A DNA stretch of 64,000 nt. Source: the human T2T-CHM13v2.0 reference genome, Homo sapiens. This document shows, one piece after another, positions 1-12,500 of the stretch. The notes under the pieces are model-generated. The model did not search any database. It saw only the letters and a program-made list of their open reading frames with translations, and was not told where the DNA came from. The first letter of the stretch is position 1, and each line of letters starts with the position of its first letter. The position numbers and the translations under genes were made by a program. The stretch lies in NCBI RefSeq assembly GCF_009914755.1, contig NC_060931.1. One strand, 5' to 3'.

Positions 1-789
1 AAAAATAATAATAATAATAATAACTTCAGTGTTTTTTTCTCTATTTACTCAGTTTTCCAGAGGGAAGGCTAAGCTTGTTCCATATTAGGAGGTTAAAAAA
101 ATGCGTACTTCAGTGACCAAGAGTGTTTATACCTGACTATTTTAGGCTCAAGCTCTAGGGTGGGGGTATAGTTGATTCACAGATTTTTTGGATTTTGATT
201 CTGAAATTTCATATCCTGGGGTGAGTTATTTGCAAGAATTTGTAGTGATGAGCTTTTGTCTCCCTGTGCTAGTGAGTTGTTTTGCTGCTGTGTGGTGGAG
301 GCCAGGACTTTTCAGGGTGATGCCTCCACTAGCTACTTTGCAGGGCATCATAGCCAACTGAGAGTCAAAGGTAGATGTAACCACATGTGAACTTCAGACT
401 TTCCATTTGACTTGCATCTCCAGCCCTCTAGAATTATTCACTGCAGGGATCAGCTCCATTGTTCATGCTTTCTATCTCTTCCATGTCCAGAACGGCCTGA
501 GTGCCACGAGGTTCCAGTTACTGCACTATTATATGTTCGTGTCAGCCACTTTCACTTGGGCTCTCACCATGATTATGAACTCCTTAGAGATACTCAAATA
601 CATTTCTCATGAGGGTAGCTCCAAATCATTTTCATAATCTGCCATACTTTCCAGCTAAATAACCTTACTATCTACTTCTTTAAGGAAAAATATTAGGGTC
701 TGTACCATTATCTTTCATATAGTTACTTTTATATACTTTGGAAATAATTTAATGTAAAATCAATACTGCATATTGTGGGACAATGGAAT

Positions 790-1035
790 TACCTGGGTTT
801 TGGAGTCAAACACATGTGAGTTCAATTCTTAGATTAGCTACTGAAAAGGTGGGAGGGTTTAGAAAAATTATTAAAGCTCTGTGAACTCCAGATCTTTTTT
901 TACCTAAGTGTGTATTATAATAATAGACACTTTGCAAAGTTATCATAAAATATAAATTAATAAATGAGATAATATTGATGGGATAAAAGTATTTTGCATA
1001 ATTTTTGGCACACAATAAATTATCACAGTATGCAT
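790..1035 (+). mobile_element. MIR SINE, degenerate
   Basis: ttggagtcaaacacatgtgagttcaattct ... aaatgagataat ... tggcacacaataaat resemble the MIR consensus. Boundaries approximate. Confidence 0.6.
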
Positions 1036-1919
1036 TAATCGTTTTAACTTACTGAGTGATATAAAAGGATATTTTGAAAGTAGTTGTTATTAACACAAAC
1101 ATAGATTTCACTTTCTAAACTACATTAAGTGGTCAAAATAAAATGTTTACTCAATAAAGTATTCATCAGCATGTTTTTAAACCTATAGGAATTCTGCTGC
1201 AATCATATTCCAGTAACTGGGTAGGTCTGGTTCAGGTATTGTACTAAAAGGAGTCATGAACTAGGTTGTAAATGATTTTGTCAAGGTGTCAGTCATGTCA
1301 TACATGAAAGTATGCTGTTGTAAGTCTGTGAGAGTCAACATGTGTGAAAAATAACAATGAAGGGCCAAGGAACCACCACGACACCTTACAGAGGTGTATT
1401 ATTGGACAGCCCTGTGATAGCTGTGATAGCTGAAGTTTGCCCAGGCTGTGATCCACTAGTTTTTAGCAGGGTAATCTTTCTGTGCAAAAATGCCACACAA
1501 TTCACCAGGCCTCCAGGGAGCTGGGAAATCACAAATAGACAGAGACTTGAAGAGTGGGTGGATTTTTTTTTTTTTCTTTAAAGCAGCAGCTGTTAGTTTA
1601 AAAGATAGTCTTTAGTCTTGAAAAAAAAAAAAAAGAAATACAAGGTATTTACTGATTTCTATAGCAAGTTCTATATTTTTTCTTTTCCCTTACTTCTTCT
1701 AATTCCAATGTTATGTTTTTTAAAGTAATAGTGATAATTTTATCAGTGTCTCTAATTTATAATGTCTCTAGTAAGAGTAGCTGTTATATCAATATACTAT
1801 AAACATACCCTTTCTTACTTGTCACTCCCTCCTCTCCTTCTGCTTCTTACCTTCCTTTCTTGTCTCTCTCTTCCTGTTCTTCCTTTATTATGTATATTTA
1901 ACTCATGTTATTCTCACAA

Positions 1920-2198
1920 TTTTTTTTTTTTTTTTGAGATGGGATCTGGCTCTGTCACCCAGACCGGAGTACAGTGGCATAATCATTGCAGCCTCAACTT
2001 CCTGGGCTCAAGTAATCCTCCTTCTTCGGCCTTCTGAGTAGCTGGGACTACAGGCATGTGCCACCAAACCTGGATAATTTTTTAAATTTTTTTTTGTAGA
2101 GACAGGGTCTATGTGGCCCAGGCTGTTCTCAAAGTCCCAGGCTCAAGCGATCCTCCTGCCTCAGCTGGGATTACAGGTGTGAGCAACTGTGCCTGACC
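1920..2198 (-). mobile_element. AluJ
   Basis: Poly-T, then gagatgggatctggctctgtcacccag ... gggctcaagcgatcctcctgcctcag ... gtgcctgacc; J-type ctgggctcaag diagnostic; small internal deletions. Confidence 0.93.
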
Positions 2199-3859
2199 AC
2201 AAGTTGCCTCTTAAATGAATAAGTGGTTATTAGAGCAGTCATCATTCTTCTGACAGAAAACCTTCCTGACAAGGGTTTCATATGTGAATATAATGAAAGC
2301 AAAATTTAACTTTTAACCAAAAATGTTGCAGTATATTCATTTGAAAAGGATGACACAGAAAGGATAAGTAGATTATTTCTGAGACCCCATACACACTGTC
2401 TTTACAATTCCAAGATTCATAATTCTAATATACTAATAAAATATAAAACTTTTAGTGTTTATAAATAGACAAAAATACATGTGGATCTCTTATACCAACT
2501 GAATTTTATATATTAATACTTCCTCGACCAAAGGTATTTCTTTGTAATTTTTGTCTTACTTTTACAAAACAGGAAAATGAGAAAAAAGTAAACTTTCACT
2601 AGACAGAGGTAGAATTTTCATTGGCATCTCTAAGAAGAGTATGGGGAGACTCAGAGCTTTCAGATGGCTTTTGAGGAAACTGCTTTGTGTTTATTTTGCT
2701 GCCTTCCTTCACTTTTTCCCTCTAGCAAACACAGAGATTAAAGATCAGTGTGTTGGCCATTCTACTGTCATCACAACATAAAATGTTTTCTGCTCTCTTG
2801 AGCTGACATCTCATCAGCACTAACAGCTTGACCCTACACCCCAATGGTATATAGGATATACCTGTCTTTAAAATGTGTGAACAGAATGTTATCTGCAGTG
2901 ATTTTTCTTTTTATCCTTTGATCTGTCACTATTTCTTCACAATGTCAAAAGCCTCAGGGCTTGGCTTGAATGGTGATCAAACCCAAAGGCACACAATTTT
3001 GGGTCTAATCCTGAATCTACACAATCAAAAATCTTTTCAATTCAGACCCAAACACCATACTTTGTCTTACAATACTGAAGTGCAGCCATCACTAAAGCAC
3101 TGCTTTCCCCTTTGAGCTTTTTAAAGAATGAATATAATGAGGTTATAAAGAAATGAAACATTTCTTTTACCAACTGTACTATAATAATACATGCATCTAA
3201 AGAAATGCATGCTTCCATGACCTTTCAGAAGATTAAACTCTTTCTTGGTGTTGTTGCCATTGCCCACAACACTTATTGTGAAATTTCTTTGAAATCTACT
3301 TCAAAGATATTTTCCCAGGTTCATCAAAAAAATCAAAGTGATCAATTTATTTTCACAGAACATTCAATTTACCTAATACTTTCTTCCTTTCATTCTTTCT
3401 TTACCTCCTTCTACTTAGACTTGACCTCTCCTGCACTCCTCTGATTGTTGATTCGCTTTCATTTAACAAATGTTAATTGAAAATCAAGCTCTGTCTGTGA
3501 AGATGACTTCCCTCTACCTGTATTAAACTGTACTGTCGAAAACTTCCTCTAAGTCTCTCTACCCCATTCTCCAACTTTGCAAGGAACAACACTCCTGATG
3601 GTGCCTCTTTTAATAGGCCTAATCCTCACCTCATTTTGTAGACCCTCTAGCTGTTCTGATTTTTTTGTTGTTGTTTGCTTTTTTGAAGATTAGGCTAGGA
3701 CAAGACCTCCTAATCCCAGGATTTGAAAGACAAAGTTGTACCAATGAACACTTAAGCAGAGGGACATCAGGAGGTGACTAATTTATATGCATGTTTCTAA
3801 TAAAATTATGAACTATGACTGGGTATCATGAATAACTAGAAGATACTGTTCCATCAAAT

Positions 3860-4620
3860 CTGCACGGACACTCTATTCTTTAACTTTCCTCCTGGGCGTC
3901 ATAAAAATTTTTAATCTTATTTCCAACTGGACCTCTCCAGAACCCTGCATGAGGAACTCAACCCAACATGTTTAAAACTAAGTGTATTTTCTCTCTACAG
4001 AGTGCCCTTCCTCTTATATTTATTTTAATTAGCAACACTTCCATCACCTAAAGGAAAGTGAGTTAGCCTAGATTCTATTTTGTTATCCCTTTCATCTAGC
4101 CAAGTATCACCAAGTGTCATACAATCTATCTCCTACATACTTCTTGAATCAGCCTCAGGTTCTGCATCTAGTACCACAGCTCTCATCATCATCCACTAGA
4201 TGAATGTCATAGCCTTTTAGATCTTTCTGCCTCAGGATCATCTCTCTCCAATCAGCCCTTCATGGGACTATGAAGATGATCTTTCTAAAAAACAAACTAT
4301 TTATGTCACTGTGTAGCTTAAAAAGTCTTTCTTGTTTCCTATAGCCTTGAAGATAATTTTCCAACTCTCTGCTACTGCTTATATTTTGAGCAGCTAATGC
4401 TACCCTTTTCTCACTAAAGAAACCAAGCACAAGCAAGAATGCATCCATGATAACATGTTCTCCCTTCTCATCTTCTGTTTTGAGCAGTCTTCTTACGTAT
4501 CACAATAATAATTGTGGGTCATTTCTATCACAGCACTGTCACATTATAACTTGTTCTCTTGAATGAACTTCATAATCTTTAAGGAGAGGGGCTATCACCC
4601 AATATTTGGCACAGTGCTTG
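3860..4620 (+). mobile_element. L2 LINE fragments
   Basis: ctcaacccaacatgtttaaaact, gatctttctaaaa and tttggcacagtgcttg resemble the L2 3' region. Approximate. Confidence 0.5.
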
Positions 4621-4664
4621 TGATAGGCAGAATCATGCCTAATCCTGAGAGCCTGTGAAAAAAA

Positions 4665-4803
4665 ATATATATAATTATATATATAATATGTTATATATAA
4701 TATATATGTTATAGATAATATATAATATATGTAAATATATAATTTACATATATTATATATAATTTATATATATAATTTACATATATATAAATTATATATA
4801 TAA
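4665..4803. repeat. AT-rich (TA)n low-complexity tract
   Basis: About 140 bp of almost pure degenerate TATA/TATAA repeats. Confidence 0.95.
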
Positions 4804-5942
4804 ATCAAATCAGACAAGGCTGTGCATTTGCAGGTTTTCTTTGGAGGGTGCTTTTCCCTTTATTAATAAAGAACAGATCACCTTATTTCCTCAGGAAGAG
4901 GTAGAAATTGAAGGGCTGTAATAACGCCCCTTTCTCTGCCTCTTCATCTAGATGAAAGCAGATCTAACTGCGGGTGGCATTAAAAAACATGATGTGAAGA
5001 GGTATAAGAAATATCTTCTTCACAATTATGCCTCCTTCATGAGACCTCTTACATTTCTTTATTTCACCTATATTTAGAAATTATGTCAATTAAGAATCCC
5101 CATTTGCTGTTAGCTGTTGGCTTCATTTGAGAAGTTACTACAGATGTAGACCTGCGGCCAACGGAACAGGCCTGGGTGGAGGAAATAGAGGCCCGCAAAC
5201 TGATCTGGAATAAAGAATGAATAAGCCAAGAATTAAAGACCCCCATGGATGCTAGAATTCAGAACATGACAGAATCAGAACAATGGCTCAAGAATTTGTA
5301 ATTATTAATGCTCAGAGGCGAACCAAAAAAAAAAAAAGTTTCACTTTAGGCAACAGGACACCCACTGCCAAAGATATCAAGGGAATCAGTGTTCTTGTTA
5401 ACAGCAATACTTTGGGAAGCTTTGCACTCATAGGTGTGGGCAAATGAAAGTGTAGTTATACTGAAAACAATGATCTGTAGAGAACTTTGAAACTCCAAGA
5501 GAATTTTACAATTAGCTACATCTTTGTGTGAATCATCTAAGCAAACTCTATGTCTCCTAACATCTACTTAAGTTCGGCCACTCTGGGCAGTGGGTGAAAA
5601 GTAAGAATGTTGAAGAATTTTAGGTCAAGGTAAAAAACACAAGTGATCAGAAATAACAAGAAGGAAAAAATCAGAAACTGTTAATTTTAGTAAAGGCAGC
5701 ACCTATGCATATGATGCACTCCTGGCCTCCAGGAGTTTACATTTGTTAGTTTCCCTTCAAAACCTAACAACATTTACATAGAGGGCATACATTTTTAAAC
5801 AGGTGTCTGTGTGAGGTGATTAAGTGATTATGTTTTTATGTTTTCTCTGCTTGGAGATATCGTGATTCACTTGAGTCCTCCTCTCAAGGCTTAGAGGAAG
5901 GAAGCCGACTCAGCTACTACTGTGAGTTCTCTTCAATGAGAT

Positions 5943-6368
5943 ATGGAAGATTAGCTAATTGTTCACCAAACTGTACCTCTTTTCCTCCTGAGCAGGCAGC
6001 TGTATTTCCCAGCATCCCCTGTAGTTAAGCGCAGGCCTGAGTTCTGCCAATAAAATGCAAGAAGTGTTGCATGACAATTCCAAATCTGGCTCTGAAAGGC
6101 TTCCTGCTGAGTCTCCCATGCTTATTATCTTCCCTCAATTGACTAGTGAGGTGCAAATATACAGCAGGAAAACTCGAGGCCCTAGAGGATGGCCAAGTCA
6201 CTGTGTGAAAGGAACCTTAGTTCCCTGAATGATTGCCTGGAGGAAAAGTCCCTCTCAGCCTCACTTACCTGCACTGGACTGTGATAATTATAAAGCAATC
6301 AGCCTTTTTCATGTCAATCCACTGAGAGTCTGGCATTGCTTATTACAACTGGTTAACCTAACAAATAT
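5943..6368 (+). mobile_element. MLT1 (MLT1J-like) ERVL-MaLR solo LTR
   Basis: tatttcccagcatcccctgtagttaag, gagttctgccaataaaatg, gccctagaggatggc, tccctgaatgattgcctggag and ccactgagagtctgg match MLT1 blocks. Confidence 0.7.
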
Positions 6369-7392
6369 GTATGGGTATCTCAGGAATGCTTCATAGTGAT
6401 CCATTTATCTTCTTTATGGTTGTGGAAAGTGTGTAACTTAAGAACACTTTTATGTAAAGCACATTTTAAAATATGTGCCTGAAAAGGGACAGCTGAAAAC
6501 ATGTACATATGTATAATAAACTATTTGCAAAAAAAAAAAAAAATTGGGGGGCTTTGACTGTTTTAATACATCTCCTGTTATCTTCAAAACTGATTTTAAG
6601 CAGTACTTTAAAAAGAAGTGAAAAATCACTGGCTTGGGGAAGAGAAGAAAATGAAATAAACAAGACATCCAAAGTTACTTGAATGGATGCACATTCTTAT
6701 ATATAGCTGGAAACAAATAGTACTTTGTGTCAGGTTTTACAGTCTGTGGGATCTCTCAGATGAGGTTCATGCTGTGAAAATGAATTGCAAAGGAGATGAC
6801 AAGAACAGATGTTTGCTCAAGATGACTGAAGATGTTTCTGAAAGCATCAAAGTGTACAGTCTACAAGTTATCAGCAGACAGGTAGATTGTAGCCAACTTT
6901 TAGATTTGTATTTTCAGACAAAATTGGCTTCTCTAAGGGTAGTTTTATTATACTTGGTAATGAAAGAAAGTGATCTGTGTGTCACTTTTAACTTAGATTG
7001 TGAATAATCACGTACATAAATACATGTGACGCATGTTTATTTCAACCCAAGGCATCCCTCTTTACAACTGAGCAAAGAACATGCCCTTGTCAGGCCCCAG
7101 ATTGTGATGCTCAAGACCTCACAAATAGAAGCAGGAGGCCCTATCTGTTCTTTCCAAGACTTACACTGCCTAGGACGAAGGTCCACAATCCCTATGTTGA
7201 CTAATAGTAAGGCTAAAAGTGGAAGGAATACAGAATAATCCAATCTGGTCCACTCCTACTCTAAAGCCCTGACTGTAACAGAATGTCTTCTGGCTTCCAA
7301 TAGAAACAAGGAATGACCTAGAAGCTAAGAATATAAGCTTATGAGGCCGACTTAACCAATTATCAGGTTGGACATTTAAATGTACCTGTGTT

Positions 7393-7818
7393 ATATAATG
7401 GCTGTTCTTGCACTGCAATAAATAAATATCTGGGACTGGGTAATTTAAAAAGAAAAGGGGTTTCATTGGCTCACAGTTATGCAGGTTGTATAAGAAGCAC
7501 GGCGTTGGCATCTGCTCAGCTTCTAGAGAGACCTCAGGAAGCTTACAATTATGGCAGAAGGCAAAGCGGGAACAAGCATATCACACGGCCAGACTAGGAG
7601 TAAAGGAGATTGGGTTGGAGGTGCCACACACTTTTACACAACCAGATATCCTGTGAACTCAAGAGCGAGAGCTCACGTGTTATCAAGGGGATGGCCTAAG
7701 CCATTCATGAGGGATCTGCCCCCAGGATGAAAACACCACCCACCAGGCCCCATCTCTAACACTAGAGATTACATTTCAACATCAGATTTGGGTAGGGACA
7801 AATATCCAAGCTACAGTA
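7393..7818 (-). mobile_element. MSTA/MSTB ERVL-MaLR solo LTR
   Basis: Reverse complement follows the MST consensus over about 425 bp (ggctcacagt..gcagg, ggcatctgctcagcttct, cattcatgagggatctgcccc, gggacaaatatccaa). Confidence 0.9.
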
Positions 7819-9470
7819 TTTCTCTGTGTTTCATTTTGAAGAAAATGTTAAATGGAAGTAATAATATTTTCTCACAGCATTTTTTGAGAAGTAATATAAT
7901 TAATACATGTTAAACTCTTTTAAGAGTGTCTGATGAATAGTAAACTCCATGCCATCCACTATATCATGGTTATCATTCATGGATCAGGTTAAAAAAAAAA
8001 CGTAGAGGATAGGGAAGTCCCCATTCTAGTGGCAGTCACAGACCCCTTGTTCTGTGATTCTTGGAGAGCAGGCAAGCCCCTACTTCAGTGGCTTGCCTGC
8101 TAGATGGACCAGGAGACTTGGAGTCAATAGTTCTTTGATACACTAATCCAGACCCTTCACAAGCATGTGGATCCAGACTCCTAAGGGGTGATACACCTCT
8201 GTGCCTGTGCTGATGAGCGGGTCCCTGCTCTGGCCACTGCTTTGGGATAAAAAGCTTCTCCCAGGCAAGGTGGTCCCAATCCTCCAAGTGGTCAACAATT
8301 TCTGTCACTTACTCCCCATCCTGGCCCAGAACAGGGCTGGGGCCCTGGTCCTATTGCCATTATCTTCCCCAAAATCCTCCAGAATCTGATGGCCCTTTTC
8401 TACTAGTGAGACAGAGTCCATTATAATTCAGAAAACAAAAGAGGAATTGGAAAGTATCTGCCCCTATCTCCCAGAAAAATCTTCAGATTTTTATAAAAAT
8501 TGGTATATCTTACTGCAGAGCTATACAAAGTGAAACAAGTGTTTTTTAAAAATCTGAAACTGTAAGCCCAGCAAACCTTCCAATCTAAAGAAAATTCTGA
8601 CAAAACCAAGATAGGCCACCCAAGATTTGCTCCAAGAAAAAAAAACCATTTCTGGTTTGCATGAGTAATGTGTTATTATTTATAAAAATATTGTCAAGCA
8701 CTTAATATAAATTTACATATTCTTGATATATCATTTTCCTCTTTAATAAAATAAAATTCACCCAAAGTATATCATAGTTCTCAATTAGCTATGTTCCAAT
8801 TACTGCATAACTTTTTCATAAATTCTATACATACTTACGTGTATTTAATCATAAAAATAAAATAATTTTAACTATTATCTAAATATATTTAAACCAAATA
8901 TTTAAGTAGGTAAATGACATAAATATAGAATATTTACATACAATATTAATATATATCAATATATAGGTTCAACAAGACTGCATTTAGAATATTCTATATA
9001 ATTCTGTGGGTTGGGTATGACACATTTGAGTGCATTAAGAACATACTTTTTAAAAAATGCTGATCATTGACATTCATATATTAATACATGAAATCTGTAT
9101 ATATTTAGAAAAAATATTTGATTCCAACTTTAATTGCCTCAGAATAATGTAAGATTTTTAAATATAGTATATGACTACATGGGAATTTAATTAAAAACCT
9201 ATGCTTAATGAATTGGTACAATGAAGATCTTAACAACTCAATGGGATCAGTTTCCATATAGGTAGATGTCCCAGATACAAACTTTTCTAACTTCCCCCTA
9301 AAATAACTATAAACACTAAGGAAAACATAAAAGGAAATACCTCATTTAAAGCAGGTACTTACAGTAAGCCTAATTCCAGGATCTGGAAAGAATTTCAAAA
9401 TGGCTTAAAGTGGATTTTAAAGCATACCTGGTGGATTGCCCAGAACAGAAAACACTTGCTCATCTGAAAT

Positions 9471-9473
<3 letters not shown>

Positions 9474-9509
<36 letters not shown>
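9474..9509. repeat. (AC)18 microsatellite; (UG)18 in GRM8 pre-mRNA
   Basis: Perfect dinucleotide run of 36 bp. Confidence 0.98.
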
Positions 9510-9511
<2 letters not shown>

Positions 9512-12500
9512 CTAAAAAAACAAAACTATAGGTCCTCCCCTGCTGTTTGCCTCTCCACACTCAATATCTATCTCCCACAACCTTTAAGACATAATAGAAT
9601 TTTAACAACCTGAAAACTTGAGTAGCTGGGCATTACAGCCAGCTGGGATGTGTATAGCAAGTAGTTTTTTACTAGTATTATTGTATGTACACATGAGCAC
9701 AATTAATATAAGATTACATTATTGATGCTTACATTCTGATATGATTGACATGCTGAAAGGGGCGGAGCTACTAAGCCCTATAGACACAAAAGGAAGTGAG
9801 TCATGCATGTGAACCTCATTTTAAGAAATGCCAGGAAGAAAATTGTTGAGAACTTGTCTACTCCACAGCCACTGCTTTAAAGGCAGCATGAGTAATCTAT
9901 CTGCCACTATCCGCCACGCACCCTCCCCACTGCCATTAGTGCTCTCTTCACAGATCCAGTAGGGGACTGCAGCACATGGGTAGCAAATCAAGGAAGGGAG
10001 AAACACGTGAACTAAGGCCATTCTCACAGTGCTGTGCCACACAAAGCTCCTCCTGTCTGTGCCCTTGCTGACAGCGCTGCTTGGAATGCTATCTGTGCAG
10101 AACCACTAATTTCCCTTTGCTTCCTGAAGAAATATGGACCCCAGCTGGCTGGCTCACAGCGGGAGTAGAAGAAAAGATCCCATTGCAGAGCAGTAATGAT
10201 GCAGAAAAGGAAAGCCTCCTAGATACTAGGAACTGGGCTTGGAGCTTTGTGTTCCAATTGTCTTCTCAATCTGTGAAAGACCAAACAAAGGAGCAGAGAA
10301 AGAATCTCAGAAAAGCAGCATACCCACACTGGCTCTGGAGAGGTGGGCCGTCCACACAAATGCACAAATAAGAAAATAAAAACATACAGTAACTTTGAAA
10401 AACACTCGAAGACAAGGAAAACTTGATTCTGAAAAGTCATAGGAAGAGAAGACCTTTGAAAACACTTCAATACAGGAGCTAGATGAACAACTCAGAAAAC
10501 TGATCAGCTCAACAGGTGACAAGGAGGGACACCATCCATGGTCCAGGGGAGGCTTCCTGCTGGCTTCTGGGCCCTATGTGAGGTGCTCCCAGCTGCCTGC
10601 CCTTATTCCCTGTTCTGCCCACCCTGTTCTCCTTGCTGTACCTTAAACATGTCAGACACTCTTCTAGCCAGAAAGTTCTTTCCTGAGATAATCGCTAGCC
10701 TCACCACTTCATTTCCTTCAGGTCTCTGTTCACACAGGACCTTTTCAGAAAGGCTTTTTCTCTGACCACACTGCTTAAGTAGCAGCTTCCTTCACTCTTT
10801 TTCTCCTCACCCTGCCATAAAGGCTTCACAGCCCTTGAGTGCAATGGCAAGCTATCATAGTGATTAAAGACCTGATTCCGTCCCCTCCCACCTGTATGAA
10901 GTTCAGCTAGCTATTCACCCTCCCTTTGCTTCATTTTCTCACGTGGCACCAATTGTAGCCCACATGATTGCTGCCCCACCCTCTCCTCAGTCACCATTCC
11001 AGAGTGCTCTGATGGCTTCACACTGCTAGTACCTGCAATCTGTAGCCAGAAAATGTCATCTGGCCCCAGGAGCATGTTCAACCTATGTGCTAAGCAGGAC
11101 AGAAGAGCCAAGGAGTCAAAACTCCAGGGAATGGCCTTCACACTATGGTGAGGGGGAAGATAACTATCTCAGCTTCCTTACCCCTTGGGTGGAAAAATTA
11201 AGGCCATGTCGATTCCAGAAGTCTGCAGCCAAACTAAGACCCAGTTGCCCATATCCTATATGCCGTGTAATATATTTCTTCTCCTTTCTCTCCCTGTCTT
11301 AGTTCTCCACTCTTTTACCAGTCCAGCACTGGGGAAGTAGCAAGCAGGTAACTTCACTAAGTTCCAAAACATTAATTGTGTTTTCCAGTTTAGAAGTTCT
11401 GCATTTGGCAGATACTGGGTAACTGACTAGCCCTAAATGAAGTGACTTTTGTATGTGATTACCTTGTGTCACCTATGATTTCTTTTTCCTCATCTAAGAT
11501 CTCAGAGAGAGGATCTCGAGCTCTGAAATCCCACTGAAGCCTTAACTCAAAATTATTTTTGGGTTTGTAAGAATAAGTAAATGTCTCTCAAGTATTGAGG
11601 CAAAAGTAAAGACCTTAACTAAAGAGGAATGGACATCAGATTGTCCTAAGCTACCTCTACTACATTAACTGCTGGATGACAATGTCACAAATCTAAAGAG
11701 TTCTGGAGCAAAAGTCTGTGTTCCAAGCTAAGATAATAGAAATATAGTATCAGATATGCAAGAGTTTAGAAAGACGATCTTTTACTGAGAAAGTTCAATT
11801 GGAAAAACAAAACACATCGATCAAATAAGAGGAGAATCAAAAGTAACAACTTAGGAATAAAGAAGTAATGTAAGAGTAATGTTTGAGTGTCTTCTATTCA
11901 GATCAGACTATGATGTAAGACTCATGGAACTAGGAAGATTAGCAACAGTTCCACACATAAACCATAAATTGTGTCAAAGAAATAGTACTAGCAATGCACT
12001 GATTTAGAAGTTGAAATAATTTGGGATCATAATGAAGGCTATGAAGCTTGATCAAAGATTTGAAAGAAAAGATGTGTATTTGTATGGATAGGAAAAAAAA
12101 TAAAATAAGAGCACTTTTGAAGTTGGAAAATGCCTGAGCAAAGATCCAAGATTAGAGATGCTCAAGGTCAATTTTTGCCACAGTGAATACACCAGCTGGA
12201 CTGGAAATACAGAAATCACTGTAGCATATCAGGATGTAAATTTGGAAAAGTGAATTTGGGGTAGACTGTGGGGGGACCTGGATGTCAGACCAGGAAATTA
12301 AGAATATTTTATTTTGTAAACAATGTGGAACTGTTGAGAACTTTGTGAAAAATCAAGTAGCTAAGGGGCACTAACCTGTATCTGTGGAAGAATGAGGCAG
12401 GATAGAAGCCTGTCACAAACATTTGAAAAGAGAGAAGGGAACGTGAAAGATATAGTGCGATAAACAAAACAGCAATAGTTGGTAACTGCTTAAATATGAG

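Noticed and set aside
5090-5260. Protein-like stretch (…VDLRPTEQAWVEEIEARKLIWNKE…) as a possible pseudogene or ERV remnant
   Set aside because: Short, bounded by stops and with no family I can name. It needs tBLASTx or Dfam.
8000-8420. GC-richer block as a promoter or exon
   Set aside because: No CpG island and no convincing splice-site pair; probably an old repeat fragment that I cannot assign.
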